Below, piece after piece: positions 27,607 through 37,538 of a stretch of 44,372 bases of DNA. Under the pieces are notes generated by a model. The model saw nothing but the letters and a program-made list of their open reading frames with translations. It had not been told where the DNA came from and did no database searches. The translations under genes and the position numbers were made by a program. The stretch is from Sedimentisphaerales bacterium (GTDB taxonomy: Bacteria; Planctomycetota; Phycisphaerae; Sedimentisphaerales; Anaerobacaceae). Each line of letters starts with the position of its first letter. The stretch's first letter is position 1. The stretch is from NCBI GenBank assembly GCA_028277585.1, contig JANQFY010000178.1, positions 1 through 44,372 of the forward strand, in the 5' to 3' direction.

Positions 27607-29595
27607 TTATCCTCCACGATCACCCGGGGCGGCCTCTTCGACGACGGGAAGACCGTCCCAAAGCGCCCCCATGTCAATCCACTCAACGAACGTGCGTTTC
27701 TCATCCTCGGTCAGCGCCGGCGCGCCGGCCGGCGGCATCTTCTTTGGCGCCGGGACCGATTCCATGCCGTCCCAGGGGCGGGACGTATTGCGCCCGTAGA
27801 GTCGCCAGATCAAGGGACTCTTCCGCGCTGCGCCGGAATGGACGTACTTGCCCTGCCCAGGCTCCGCCCCGGAAGCCAGCAGGCTCAGATAGCTGCGATT
27901 GAACGACCCCGATGAACCATCACCCACTTTCAGATCGGCCGTCAAATGGATCGGAGCGTCTGCCTGACCATGGCAGCGAACACACTTGGCCGCGATGATA
28001 GGCATGACATCGCGACGAAAATCGACGGTGCGCCGCTGTTGCGGCGCCAGCGTCAACTTGATGGACGGACGCTTGACGGCATCAACGACGATATTCTCCG
28101 GCGTCAGTTCCGGATCTTCGTGACATCCGATGCATCCCTGGCGGGCATAGTCCTTGGCCCAAACCCATCCGCAACTCCGCAGGGCCATGCCGTCCGCGTC
28201 GAGGATTTGCAGTTCGATCGCGGTGTTGGCCGGGATCTCGACGTTGAACGAGCCATCCTTCTCGACAGGGACATCACCCAGGATGCGCCGCTGCGCCAGC
28301 GACGCGGGATGGGCGCCCGGCCCCTTCACGGGAATGCCTTCCAGGACCCGCACGCGCTGGATCGCCCCGGCGGGCAGCCAGGTCGGTCCCAGATCGGACG
28401 TGTACGCGTTCAGACAATACAGTTTACCCGTTCGCGCCGAGGCTTCATGGTGTTCCGGCACGGCGGTCGCCCGCCCGTCTGGTTCGGGCCGCACACAGAC
28501 CGCCTTGGCCTGGATATCGTGCCACTGAGGATCGTCGAAGACCGGTTCGACCTTTCCATCTTCGGGATCGAGCGTGCAGATTCCGTGGGTACCGGCGCCG
28601 TCACTCGATCGACGCGAGACCAGGATGCGTCCGTCCGGCAAAGGTGAGGGAGAATGAAACAATCCCTCGTCATCGGTAGCAATGGGTCGGTAAGAGTGCA
28701 ACGGACGCCGCAGGGTGACAGAACCCAGGCTGCCCGCACCGTCCCAGCCGACCGCATCAGCCTCGACGAATATGACCATCCCGCGCGGAGTGACGCAAGG
28801 CATGTGCTGGACCCGCTTTCCCTGGCCCGTTGTGAACGGGGCGTAATCGGAGCCATCGATGTTGACGCCGAGCAATCCGATGAAGCCGGCCGGCCCGTGA
28901 TCGAGTCGCGCACGTTGCCAACTGGCGAAGACCAGACGACCATCCGGTAAGATGCAGGGATCCAGGTCGCTGGAGAGGTTAAACGTCAATCGGCGCACCG
29001 CTGTGCCATCGAGCTTGCAGGAATACAAGCTGGTGGCGGGGGAACCGCCGTACTCGTTGGTCGCGGCGTCGGTCGCGACAAACGTAATATGATACTCCGG
29101 CACCGACGGTACTCCGACCGGCTTGATTGTATACAGCGAAGACTGGTAGTCCGGGCTGCGGCAATCCCCCATATTCCGCGTGATCTGACGGGCATTGGAG
29201 TCGCCGACCAGCATCTCATAGATGTTCGACTCATAGATGTTCCACGCATCGGTGGAGGCCCGCTTGCCGGCAAACAGTACACGCTTGCCGTCGAAAGAAA
29301 CCACCGGATCGGCTGCGCTGTGGAATCCATTGCTGAGGACTTTCGTCGATCCGTATGTGGCCAAGAGAACGAGTCTGGCGCCGTCGCCGTAGTCCGCTCG
29401 CAGGGTCGTCTCAGCCCGGGCTTCACGACCCCGGTCTTTCGGCAGTTGGGTCAGAACAATCGGATAGCCCGGAGAAGACGTGTCTTCCTGCCCCAATCCG
29501 CTCTGTACCAGGAGCACAATGAGAAGGAGGGTTTGCAGGAGATGACCCCAATGCAACGCCTGAGAAACACTGCGAGGCTTCGCCGGCGAACTCAT
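27607..29595 (-). CDS. Secreted PD40/TolB-like beta-propeller protein with a C-terminal PSCyt1-type (Planctomycete) c-type cytochrome domain (2 CxxCH)
   Basis: Signal peptide MSSPAKPRSVSQALHWGHLLQTLLLIVLLVQSGLG (start at 29595). PD40-like repeats (…DPVVSFDGKRVLFAGKR…). The C-terminus carries CIGCH and …DVMPIIAAKCVRCHG… …LTEDEKRTFVEWIDMGALWD, matching the PSCyt1 pattern. Confidence 0.8.
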   Translation of the reverse strand: MSSPAKPRSVSQALHWGHLLQTLLLIVLLVQSGLGQEDTSSPGYPIVLTQLPKDRGREARAETTLRADYGDGARLVLLATYGSTKVLSNGFHSAADPVVSFDGKRVLFAGKRASTDAWNIYESNIYEMLVGDSNARQITRNMGDCRSPDYQSSLYTIKPVGVPSVPEYHITFVATDAATNEYGGSPATSLYSCKLDGTAVRRLTFNLSSDLDPCILPDGRLVFASWQRARLDHGPAGFIGLLGVNIDGSDYAPFTTGQGKRVQHMPCVTPRGMVIFVEADAVGWDGAGSLGSVTLRRPLHSYRPIATDDEGLFHSPSPLPDGRILVSRRSSDGAGTHGICTLDPEDGKVEPVFDDPQWHDIQAKAVCVRPEPDGRATAVPEHHEASARTGKLYCLNAYTSDLGPTWLPAGAIQRVRVLEGIPVKGPGAHPASLAQRRILGDVPVEKDGSFNVEIPANTAIELQILDADGMALRSCGWVWAKDYARQGCIGCHEDPELTPENIVVDAVKRPSIKLTLAPQQRRTVDFRRDVMPIIAAKCVRCHGQADAPIHLTADLKVGDGSSGSFNRSYLSLLASGAEPGQGKYVHSGAARKSPLIWRLYGRNTSRPWDGMESVPAPKKMPPAGAPALTEDEKRTFVEWIDMGALWDGLPVVEEAAPGDRGG

Positions 29596-30337
29596 CTCCC
29601 TATGTGATTGGGCGCTCCAGGCGCCGCGAAACGTTGCCGCGTCTTCCATCGCTTTCCGCCAAACGAAAGGATTCGCGCCGCCGTCTCAGAACGGACGGGG
29701 GCTCGAATCAGTTGTGTCGATCGTACAGACCTCGACGAGGGCAGCTTGGTGGAGCGATAATCGTGTCGAGTCAAATGCCCAAGTCAACAGTCACACTCAG
29801 TCGCGCAGAGGCCGTATGAAACAGGGTTGCCAAGCTACGGCAGTCTGCTGCACATCAATGTTCTTGGATCGCGCCTCGGCTGGAACCCGTCCCCTGAGGA
29901 CTTGCCGACACACGTTTGCGGACACTCGCCCATGGCGTGTCCCTTCACGATTCGTCGTGGCTATGCCACGCAATTCTCATTCTAGTAAATACGTCTATTC
30001 GACGCAATAACTTGAAAAAAGACTGCCGCCTGATCCCTTCTTACCGGGCGTCGCCGGCAAGAGGATGAGGGCCTATCCACACGGTTGAGCTGCTGCAATT
30101 CCGGCGACCTGGGAGATTTCCGTGGGAAAAAGCCCAGTATCACCCCTGATAAAGCCGACAATGTACTCGGGACGACGAATGTCCCCGAACCGGGACGGTC
30201 TGGCCTCGAGCCGAGGCCGTCGGGCGTCACCGGTGTACCGCTTGCGTCAGCATGGTCATCTTGATAGGATGAGACCAGCAGGGCCGATAAGCAGCGGGAT
30301 TCGGCGCAGGGCTGGTATTCTCCCGACTGGACTTGTG

Positions 30338-31624
30338 ATGAAAACAAGCCGGCACAGTCAACGACGAAGAACCACCACGAGCCAACGCCTGTTTGAATCA
30401 ATCGCCAGGCATGGAGTAGTTTGGCGTCCAACGATTCTATGGGTCGCCTTCTGCTGCGCGCTGCCGGCCCACGCCCAGACCAAGACGACGTCGGAGACGC
30501 CGACGGCCCCACCCCGCGTGGCGCCGGAGGAAGTCGCCGCCCTGAAGAAAGAGGAACTGGGCGTCGTCCAGAAACTAGCCCGGGACTTTCCTAACAGTCT
30601 TGAACCGATCGTCTTGACCGGCCGCGTCCACTACCGACACGGCCGCGCCGACGAAGCGATGGCGATCTGGAAACGCGTGCTCGAGCGCGATCCCAAGCGT
30701 CCCAGAGTGCATGAGGACATGGGCTGGTTCGCGATGAGCAAAGGGCAATACGAGCAGGCCATCGAACACTGGCGTCAGGTCCTGGAGATTCGTCCCGGGG
30801 CGCCCGGCATCCATAGCGGTATCGCCCGGGCGCTGATGGGCTCGAATCGACATGCCGAAGCCGTTGACGCCCTGAAGAAGGAGATCGAGATTTCGCCCAA
30901 CTCAAGCTTCGACTGGTTCCTTCTGGGCCAGGAGCACCGCCAGCAGAAGCAGCATGAACAGGCCAAAGCCGCCTACGAGAAGGCAATCGCCCTGGATCCC
31001 AACCTGACCAATGCCTATTACGGTCTGTTCACCGTCTGTGGGCGCCTCGGGCAGCGGGATGAAGCCAAGCAACACATGGCGACGTTCAAGAAACTCAAAG
31101 CGGCCGACATGGAACGGCTCAAGGACCGCAATGAGGCGTTCAACGACCTGATCGATATGCGTCGAAACGCCGCGGAGACCCTGATGTTCGCCGGGCAGGC
31201 TTATCTGAGCGCCGGGAGAGTGGACGAAGCCGAAAGATTGATCATTCGAGCAACCCAGTTGGCGCCGAAGAACGCCACCTACCATCTGCACGCGGCCGCG
31301 ATCGCCATGCAGCTCAAGCATCCGGCTAGGGCCGAGAAGGCGTTTAGAGAAGTGATCCGACTCGCCCCGGAAAACGCGCGGGGCTACAGCGGGCTGGCCC
31401 ATCTGTACCTTCAGGCGAACCAGAGACTCCCTCTGGCCAAGCAACTGGCGCAGAAAGCCGTGGCCCTGGAGCCCAGCGCCTTCCACTATTACGTCCTCAG
31501 TTGGGCCTGCGGCCGGAACGGCGACGACGCCGGCGCTGCGACCGCCATCAGCCGGGCCGTCCAGTTGGAGCCGGGCAACCCGAGATACCGGCGTATCGCG
31601 GAAGCTCTGAAGATACGGAATTGA
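30338..31624 (+). CDS. Membrane-anchored TPR-repeat protein (third paralog)
   Basis: Start at MKTSRHSQRRRTTTSQRL…ILWVAFCCALPAHA (basic N-terminus plus a hydrophobic segment). TPR units (…WFLLGQEHRQQKQHEQAKAAYEKAIALDPNLTNAYYGLF…). The six-frame ORF extends to 30122, but no signal/TM fits upstream. Confidence 0.75.
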   Translation: MKTSRHSQRRRTTTSQRLFESIARHGVVWRPTILWVAFCCALPAHAQTKTTSETPTAPPRVAPEEVAALKKEELGVVQKLARDFPNSLEPIVLTGRVHYRHGRADEAMAIWKRVLERDPKRPRVHEDMGWFAMSKGQYEQAIEHWRQVLEIRPGAPGIHSGIARALMGSNRHAEAVDALKKEIEISPNSSFDWFLLGQEHRQQKQHEQAKAAYEKAIALDPNLTNAYYGLFTVCGRLGQRDEAKQHMATFKKLKAADMERLKDRNEAFNDLIDMRRNAAETLMFAGQAYLSAGRVDEAERLIIRATQLAPKNATYHLHAAAIAMQLKHPARAEKAFREVIRLAPENARGYSGLAHLYLQANQRLPLAKQLAQKAVALEPSAFHYYVLSWACGRNGDDAGAATAISRAVQLEPGNPRYRRIAEALKIRN

Positions 31625-31640
31625 TAGGACCTTGAGGACC

Positions 31641-33326
31641 ATGCCACACGGAGACCCTATGACGGCACAACGATATGCCATCTTCTGCGCCGTGCTGTTG
31701 GCGATCAGCCTGGCCGCGCCGACCGGCGCGGACATTCTCCTACGCGATGTCACGAAGCAGAGCGGGATCGACTTCGTCCACACCGACGGCGGATCGGGAC
31801 GACGCTATATCATGGAAACCGTCAGTGCCGGGCTGGCTTTGTTCGACTATGACAACGACGGGGACACCGATATCTACTTCCTCAACGGCGCTCCGCTTAA
31901 AGGAACAACGGTCAAGGGCACGCCCCGGAACGCCCTCTACCGTAACGACGGCGGTTGGAAGTTCACCGATGTCACCGAATCCGCTCGCGTCGGCGACGCA
32001 GGCTACGGTCTGGGCGTTGCGGTCGGCGATTACGATAACGACGGGGATGCGGACCTCTACCTGAACAACTACGGACCGAACGTTCTGTACCGCAACGACG
32101 GGGACGGCACCTTCACCGATGTCACCGCCAAGGCGGGCGTGGCCAACGGCTCCCAAGTCGGCGCCGGCGCGTGTTTCCTCGACATGAACGGCGACGGCGA
32201 TCTGGACCTCTACGTCTCCAACTACCTTGATTTCGCCTACGACAAGCACGTCCTGACGGCCAGCAAGGGTTATCCCGTCTACGCCAACCCGCGCTTCTAC
32301 CCGCCGTTGCCCGATACGTTCTATCGCAACAATGGGGACGGGACCTTTACAGATGTCAGCACTGAATCGGGTGTCGGCGCCCACGCCGGCTGGGGCATGG
32401 GCATCGTCTGCGGCGACTACGACAACGACGGTGACACGGATATCTTCATTGGCAACGATGTCGCGGAGAACTTCCTCTTCGAGAACGACGGCTCCGGCAA
32501 GTTCGAAGAGGTGGGACTGATGACCGGCACGGCGTACGATCTGCACGGCGACGAACAGGGCAGCATGGGCGTCGACTGCGGCGATTACGACAACGACGGC
32601 TGGCTGGATTTCTTCGTCACTTCCTACCAGGAACAACTCGCCACCCTGTACCGAAACCTGGGCGACGGGAGCTTTGAGGACGTGACACTCCAAACCGGCG
32701 CCGGGACCGGGACACTGCCCAATGTCACCTGGGGCAACAGCTTTGTGGACTTCGATAACGACGGCGATCGCGACCTCTTCATCGCCTGCGGTCATCTCCA
32801 GGACAACGTCGAGAAGTTCGACGGGACTACGACCTACTTCGAGAAGAACATTCTCATGAGGAACGACGGGGCCGGCAAGTTCATCGACGTCAGCGCAACT
32901 AGCGGCGACGGCATGGCGGTCAAGCTCAGCAGTCGTGGAGCGGGATTCGATGATCTCGACAACGACGGTGACATCGACGTCGTCATCCTGAACTCCCGCC
33001 GCGAGCCAACCCTCTTGAGAAACGACTCGCCCGAGAAGGGACACTGGCTGCAGGTGCGTCTACGCGGGAAGAAGACCAATCGAGGCGGCGTTGGCGCCCA
33101 TGTCATCGTCAAGGCGGGCGACCTGACCCTCCTCGACGAGGTCCACAGCGGCCGCGGCTACCAGAGCCACTACGGCACGCGCCTGCACTTCGGACTGGGC
33201 AAGCGCACCAAGATCGACCAGGTCGATGTCCGCTGGATCGGCGGCGGCGTCGACACGTTCGAGGACGTCCCGGTCGATCAATGCATCACCCTGATCGAAG
33301 GCGGCGCGAAATCCACCTCTCGCTGA
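31641..33326 (+). CDS. CRTAC1-family protein (FG-GAP/VCBS + UnbV/ASPIC), secreted
   Basis: Signal peptide …MTAQRYAIFCAVLLAISLAAPTGA. DxDxDG repeats. ASPIC tail HWLQVRLRGKKTNRGGVGAHVIVKAGDLTLLDEVHSGRGYQSHYGTRLHFGLG. Possible starts are TTG 31632, ATG 31641 and ATG 31659. Confidence 0.85.
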   Translation: MPHGDPMTAQRYAIFCAVLLAISLAAPTGADILLRDVTKQSGIDFVHTDGGSGRRYIMETVSAGLALFDYDNDGDTDIYFLNGAPLKGTTVKGTPRNALYRNDGGWKFTDVTESARVGDAGYGLGVAVGDYDNDGDADLYLNNYGPNVLYRNDGDGTFTDVTAKAGVANGSQVGAGACFLDMNGDGDLDLYVSNYLDFAYDKHVLTASKGYPVYANPRFYPPLPDTFYRNNGDGTFTDVSTESGVGAHAGWGMGIVCGDYDNDGDTDIFIGNDVAENFLFENDGSGKFEEVGLMTGTAYDLHGDEQGSMGVDCGDYDNDGWLDFFVTSYQEQLATLYRNLGDGSFEDVTLQTGAGTGTLPNVTWGNSFVDFDNDGDRDLFIACGHLQDNVEKFDGTTTYFEKNILMRNDGAGKFIDVSATSGDGMAVKLSSRGAGFDDLDNDGDIDVVILNSRREPTLLRNDSPEKGHWLQVRLRGKKTNRGGVGAHVIVKAGDLTLLDEVHSGRGYQSHYGTRLHFGLGKRTKIDQVDVRWIGGGVDTFEDVPVDQCITLIEGGAKSTSR

Positions 33327-33493
33327 CGAGTGCGCCCCCAGCCCCCGCGTTATGCCCCATCGTCCTTCGAGGCTCCTGGATAGTCCTGTCATTTCCGGTC
33401 CATTGCGGCTATAGTGGTCAGGGGACGGCCATAGACACGTGATCACAGCACAAACGACTGAGTCGATCGCAAATTGATCCACAGGGGAACGGA

Positions 33494-35674
33494 ATGTCCA
33501 AGCTGATCATCGTATCGAATCGTTTGCCCGTAACCGTATCCAGGGCCGGCGGCAAGATCAACCTGCGTCCCAGCGTGGGCGGCGTCGCTACAGGGATGTC
33601 GTCGCTTTCGGAACCTGAGGAACGACTCTGGTTCGGCTGGCCCGGCCTGGCCGACGACAGGTTGACGCCGGAAGCCGAGCAAACGGTGGCCCAAAAACTG
33701 CACGAACTGGATTGCCATCCCGTGTTCCTCAGCGCCAAGGACGTGCGCGGGTTCTACTCGGGCTTCTCCAACAAGACCATCTGGCCGTTGTTTCATTACT
33801 TCGTTCAGCACGCCATCTTCAAAGAGGAGCTTTGGGAAAGTTACAAACGGGTCAATGGCCTATTCTGCCAGACGATCTCTCCATACATCGACGAGGGAGA
33901 CACGATCTGGATACACGACTATCAACTCATGCTCCTGCCCCGTCTGATCCGCGAGCAGGCGCCCCATGCCAAGATCGGCTTCTTCCTGCACATTCCCTTT
34001 CCTTCGTTTGAATTGGTCCGCCTGATCCCCTGGCGGGAAGAGATTCTCGAAGGTTTGCTCGGCGCCGACCTGCTCGGATTTCACGAGTACGACTACGTGC
34101 GCCACTTCTTGAGCAGCGTCTACCGGATCACCGGCCACGAGCATCAACTCAGTGAACTGCATATCGAGGACCGCCTGGTGCGAGTGGACGCTTTCCCCAT
34201 GGGCATCGATTACGACAAGTATGCCGACAGCACCGAGCAACCCGACGTGCAGCGGGAGATCGAGCGCATCGGGGCGAACCGAGACGTGCGACTGATCATA
34301 TCCGTCGATCGCCTGGACTACACCAAGGGTATACTCGTCCGATTGGAGGCCTACGACTGGTTTCTGACCACGCATCCCGAATACCGGGGCAAGGTCTCGC
34401 TCGTCGTGATCGCCGTTCCCTCGCGGACGAAAGTCGATCAGTACAACGAGCTTCGCGATCAGATCGAACAGCTTGTCGGTCGCGTCAACGGGACCTACGG
34501 CACACTGGACTGGACACCTATTTCCTACATGTACCGGAGTCTGCCCTTCGACAAACTGGCAGCCCTCTACAACGCAGCCGATGCGGCTCTGATCACCCCC
34601 CTGCGCGACGGCATGAACCTAGTCGCCAAAGAGTTCATCGCCTGCCAACACGAGAAGGAGCACCAGGGCATTCTGATCCTCAGTGAAATGGCGGGAGCCG
34701 CCAGCGAACTCTGCGAAGCGATCGTCGTGAACCCGCACAACAAGGACCGCTTGGTCGGAGCGATCAAGGAGGCATTGGAAATGCCTCAGGAGGAACGGCG
34801 CCGACGCAACCGCCTGATGCAGTCGCGCGTCTCGCGCTACACCGTCTCACGCTGGGCGCATGACTTCATTAGCAATCTGAACGACATCAGAGCGCAACAA
34901 GAAGACCTGCTCACCGCCCGGATCTCCGCGGCCCGTCAGGAGGAGATCGACAAGCAGTATCACGCCGCGAAGCGTCGACTCTTCCTGCTCGACTACGACG
35001 GGACGCTGGTCCCCTTCGTTAGGCGACCCGAGGATGCACACCCCGACCCCCAGGTCCTGGCGATCCTCAAGACCCTGGCGGGCGATCCCAAGAACGAAGT
35101 GGTCGTCATCAGCGGGCGCGATAAGGAGACGCTGGGCGCCTGGCTCGGAGATCTGCCCGTGAATTTGATCGCCGAGCACGGGGCGTTCTTTCGCACACGA
35201 GATCAAGCGTGGGACGAACCCGTTCCCGTCGAGACCGACTGGAAGCGTATCATCCGTCCCATTCTGGAATTGTACGTGGACCGCACACCGGGCTCGCTGC
35301 TCGAAGAGAAGGACTATTCGCTGGTTTGGCACTGCCGCAAGAGCGAGCCCGACCTGGCGAAGCTGAGGACACAGGAACTGAGCGACGCCCTGACGACGCT
35401 GACCGCAAATCTGAATATTGGGGTGTTCGAGGGCAGCAAAATTGTCGAGATAAAGAACATCAGTGTCAATAAAGGAGAAGCCGCGCGCATGTGGTTGGCC
35501 AAACAGGACTGGTCGTTTGTATTCTGTGCGGGCGATGATTACACCGACGAGGACATGTTTGCGGCATTGCCCGAGCACGCCGTGTCCTGCAAGATCGGTG
35601 GGGGCTCATCGAAAGCCAGGTTCCGACTGAATGGTCCTGCCGAGTTGCGTAGACTCTTGGCCCGTTTCGGTTGA
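33494..35674 (+). CDS. otsA: Bifunctional trehalose-6-phosphate synthase (GT20, OtsA) / trehalose-6-phosphate phosphatase (HAD, OtsB) fusion
   Basis: GT20 N-terminus [13 protein letters not shown]…. C-terminal HAD motif [13 protein letters not shown] and motifs …VVISGRD…, …[12 protein letters not shown]…. Confidence 0.9.
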   Translation: MSKLIIVSNRLPVTVSRAGGKINLRPSVGGVATGMSSLSEPEERLWFGWPGLADDRLTPEAEQTVAQKLHELDCHPVFLSAKDVRGFYSGFSNKTIWPLFHYFVQHAIFKEELWESYKRVNGLFCQTISPYIDEGDTIWIHDYQLMLLPRLIREQAPHAKIGFFLHIPFPSFELVRLIPWREEILEGLLGADLLGFHEYDYVRHFLSSVYRITGHEHQLSELHIEDRLVRVDAFPMGIDYDKYADSTEQPDVQREIERIGANRDVRLIISVDRLDYTKGILVRLEAYDWFLTTHPEYRGKVSLVVIAVPSRTKVDQYNELRDQIEQLVGRVNGTYGTLDWTPISYMYRSLPFDKLAALYNAADAALITPLRDGMNLVAKEFIACQHEKEHQGILILSEMAGAASELCEAIVVNPHNKDRLVGAIKEALEMPQEERRRRNRLMQSRVSRYTVSRWAHDFISNLNDIRAQQEDLLTARISAARQEEIDKQYHAAKRRLFLLDYDGTLVPFVRRPEDAHPDPQVLAILKTLAGDPKNEVVVISGRDKETLGAWLGDLPVNLIAEHGAFFRTRDQAWDEPVPVETDWKRIIRPILELYVDRTPGSLLEEKDYSLVWHCRKSEPDLAKLRTQELSDALTTLTANLNIGVFEGSKIVEIKNISVNKGEAARMWLAKQDWSFVFCAGDDYTDEDMFAALPEHAVSCKIGGGSSKARFRLNGPAELRRLLARFG

Positions 35675-35709
35675 ACCTTTTGCACCTACGATGATACAGC
35701 AACAGTGAT

Positions 35710-37512
35710 ATGAACAATCTCGACTACGGAATTATCGGCAACGGCAAGAGTGCGGCACTGGTTGACCGGACGGGCAGTATCGACTGGTGCTGCCTGCCCA
35801 ATTTCGACTCACCTTCCATATTCGCACGCATTCTGGACAGCCAGAACGGCGGCTCCTTTCGCATCGAACCGGTGGGCGACTATCGGATCGAGCAATCGTA
35901 CGTGGGCAAGACGAACGTCCTGGTGACCCGCTCCTCCAGCGGCGCGCATGCGTTTGAGGTGATCGACTTCATGCCGCGGTACCGCACGGATGAGGGCTTG
36001 TACCATTGCCCACCCGATATCGTCCGATACATTCGACATGTCTCAGGCAAGCCAACGATTCGGGTCCACTACCAGCCGCGACCGGCGTACGCCCAACACG
36101 TGACCCGCGTCGAGGTTGCCGACGAGTTCATCAAGCACCTTACCACCGAAGGGCCGTACGAATCGCTGTATCTCTACACGGACCTGCCCTTCGAGGACGT
36201 GGTTGAGAGTCGGCCCATCACGATCGAACGGGACTGCTATCTCCTGCTCAGCTACAACCAGAAGCTGGTCCGACCCAATCTCAGTTGGATCCAGCTGGAG
36301 TTCGAACGCACCAAGGTCTATTGGCTCGGATGGATCGCCAAGACCAACGTCGTCAGTCCTTACCAGGACGCCGTCGAGCGCAGCTTGCTGGTGCTCAAAC
36401 TCCTGGCGTATCAGAAGACCGGCGCCATTCTCGCGGCCGTCACAACCAGCCTCCCCGAGACCATCGGCGACGTGCGCAACTGGGACTATCGCTACTGCTG
36501 GATCCGCGACGCGTCCATGACCATTGCCACGTTGACCCGGCTGGGCCATTACAACGTCGCGCGGCGCTTCCTGCAATTCATTCTGGATATCGTGCCGTAC
36601 AAGGACGAGAAGATCCAGATCATGTACTCGATCAACCACCGGCGCCGCCTGCCCGAGGAGGAACTGACCTGGCTGGCCGGCTACGAGGGCTCCAAGCCCG
36701 TCCGCGTGGGCAACGCCGCCGTCAGTCAGAAGCAAAACGACATCTACGGCGTGCTCCTGGACGCGATCTACGAGAGCCTGATGACGTTCCACCACGCTCT
36801 GAACAACAAGGACGATATTTGGACGGTCGTGCGAACGCTGGCCCGACACGTGCGCCACAACTGGAAGGAACTCGACTCCAGCATTTGGGAGTTCCGAACG
36901 GAACAGAAGCACTTCACGTTCTCCAAGATCCTCTGCTGGGTCGCGATGGACCGCGCCGCGCGCGTGGCGCATTTCTTCCGCAAGCCCAGGGACGCCGTCA
37001 GCTTCGCCGCTCTGCGCGACGAGATCAGAGCCGACATTCTCGAGAAGGGGCGCGATCCGAAGACCGGCGCGCTGACCCAGTTCTACGGCGGCACGTCCAT
37101 GGACGCCGCCAACCTGCTGGCTCAGCAATACGGCTTCCTCTCGAGCAAGGACCCCGTCTATGTCAACACCGTCATGCAGACCTATGAGACGCTGTGTCAG
37201 GACGGGTTGATGTACCGCTATAGGACACCTGACGATTTCGGCGTGCCCAGTTCGTCCTTCACGATCTGCACGTTCTGGATGATCAAGAGTCTCTACCTGA
37301 TTGGACGCAAGGCGCAAGCCATCGATATGTTCGAGCGCGTTTTGGAGTACAGTAATCACGTCGGGCTGTTCAGTGAGGACATCGACTTCGCGTCGAAGCG
37401 ACTCCTGGGCAACTTCCCTCAGGGCTATTCGCACATCGCCCTGATCGATACGGCCCTGACCCTCTCAGACAACCCGGAATGGTCGACTGAGACAAATCAC
37501 TTCCAACCGTAA
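35710..37512 (+). CDS. Glycoside hydrolase family 15 protein (bacterial GH15 trehalase/glucoamylase-like)
   Basis: N-terminus YGIIGNGKSAALVDRTGSIDWCCLPNFDSP is typical of bacterial GH15. (alpha/alpha)6 catalytic region with …WDYRYCWIRDAS…. Confidence 0.85.
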   Translation: MNNLDYGIIGNGKSAALVDRTGSIDWCCLPNFDSPSIFARILDSQNGGSFRIEPVGDYRIEQSYVGKTNVLVTRSSSGAHAFEVIDFMPRYRTDEGLYHCPPDIVRYIRHVSGKPTIRVHYQPRPAYAQHVTRVEVADEFIKHLTTEGPYESLYLYTDLPFEDVVESRPITIERDCYLLLSYNQKLVRPNLSWIQLEFERTKVYWLGWIAKTNVVSPYQDAVERSLLVLKLLAYQKTGAILAAVTTSLPETIGDVRNWDYRYCWIRDASMTIATLTRLGHYNVARRFLQFILDIVPYKDEKIQIMYSINHRRRLPEEELTWLAGYEGSKPVRVGNAAVSQKQNDIYGVLLDAIYESLMTFHHALNNKDDIWTVVRTLARHVRHNWKELDSSIWEFRTEQKHFTFSKILCWVAMDRAARVAHFFRKPRDAVSFAALRDEIRADILEKGRDPKTGALTQFYGGTSMDAANLLAQQYGFLSSKDPVYVNTVMQTYETLCQDGLMYRYRTPDDFGVPSSSFTICTFWMIKSLYLIGRKAQAIDMFERVLEYSNHVGLFSEDIDFASKRLLGNFPQGYSHIALIDTALTLSDNPEWSTETNHFQP

Positions 37513-37538
37513 GCTCCGACGAGCTGTGGCGCTCTCGA

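Noticed and set aside
9335-33326. Recurrent short nucleotide motif (…GACTACGACAACGACGGCGA… and variants) scattered over many kb, superficially resembling an interspersed repeat family
   Set aside because: Every occurrence falls in-frame in the DxDxDG calcium-binding loops of FG-GAP repeats in the paralogous CRTAC1-family proteins. It is coding-sequence conservation, not a CRISPR array, REP or MITE. There are no regular spacers and no flanking inverted repeats.
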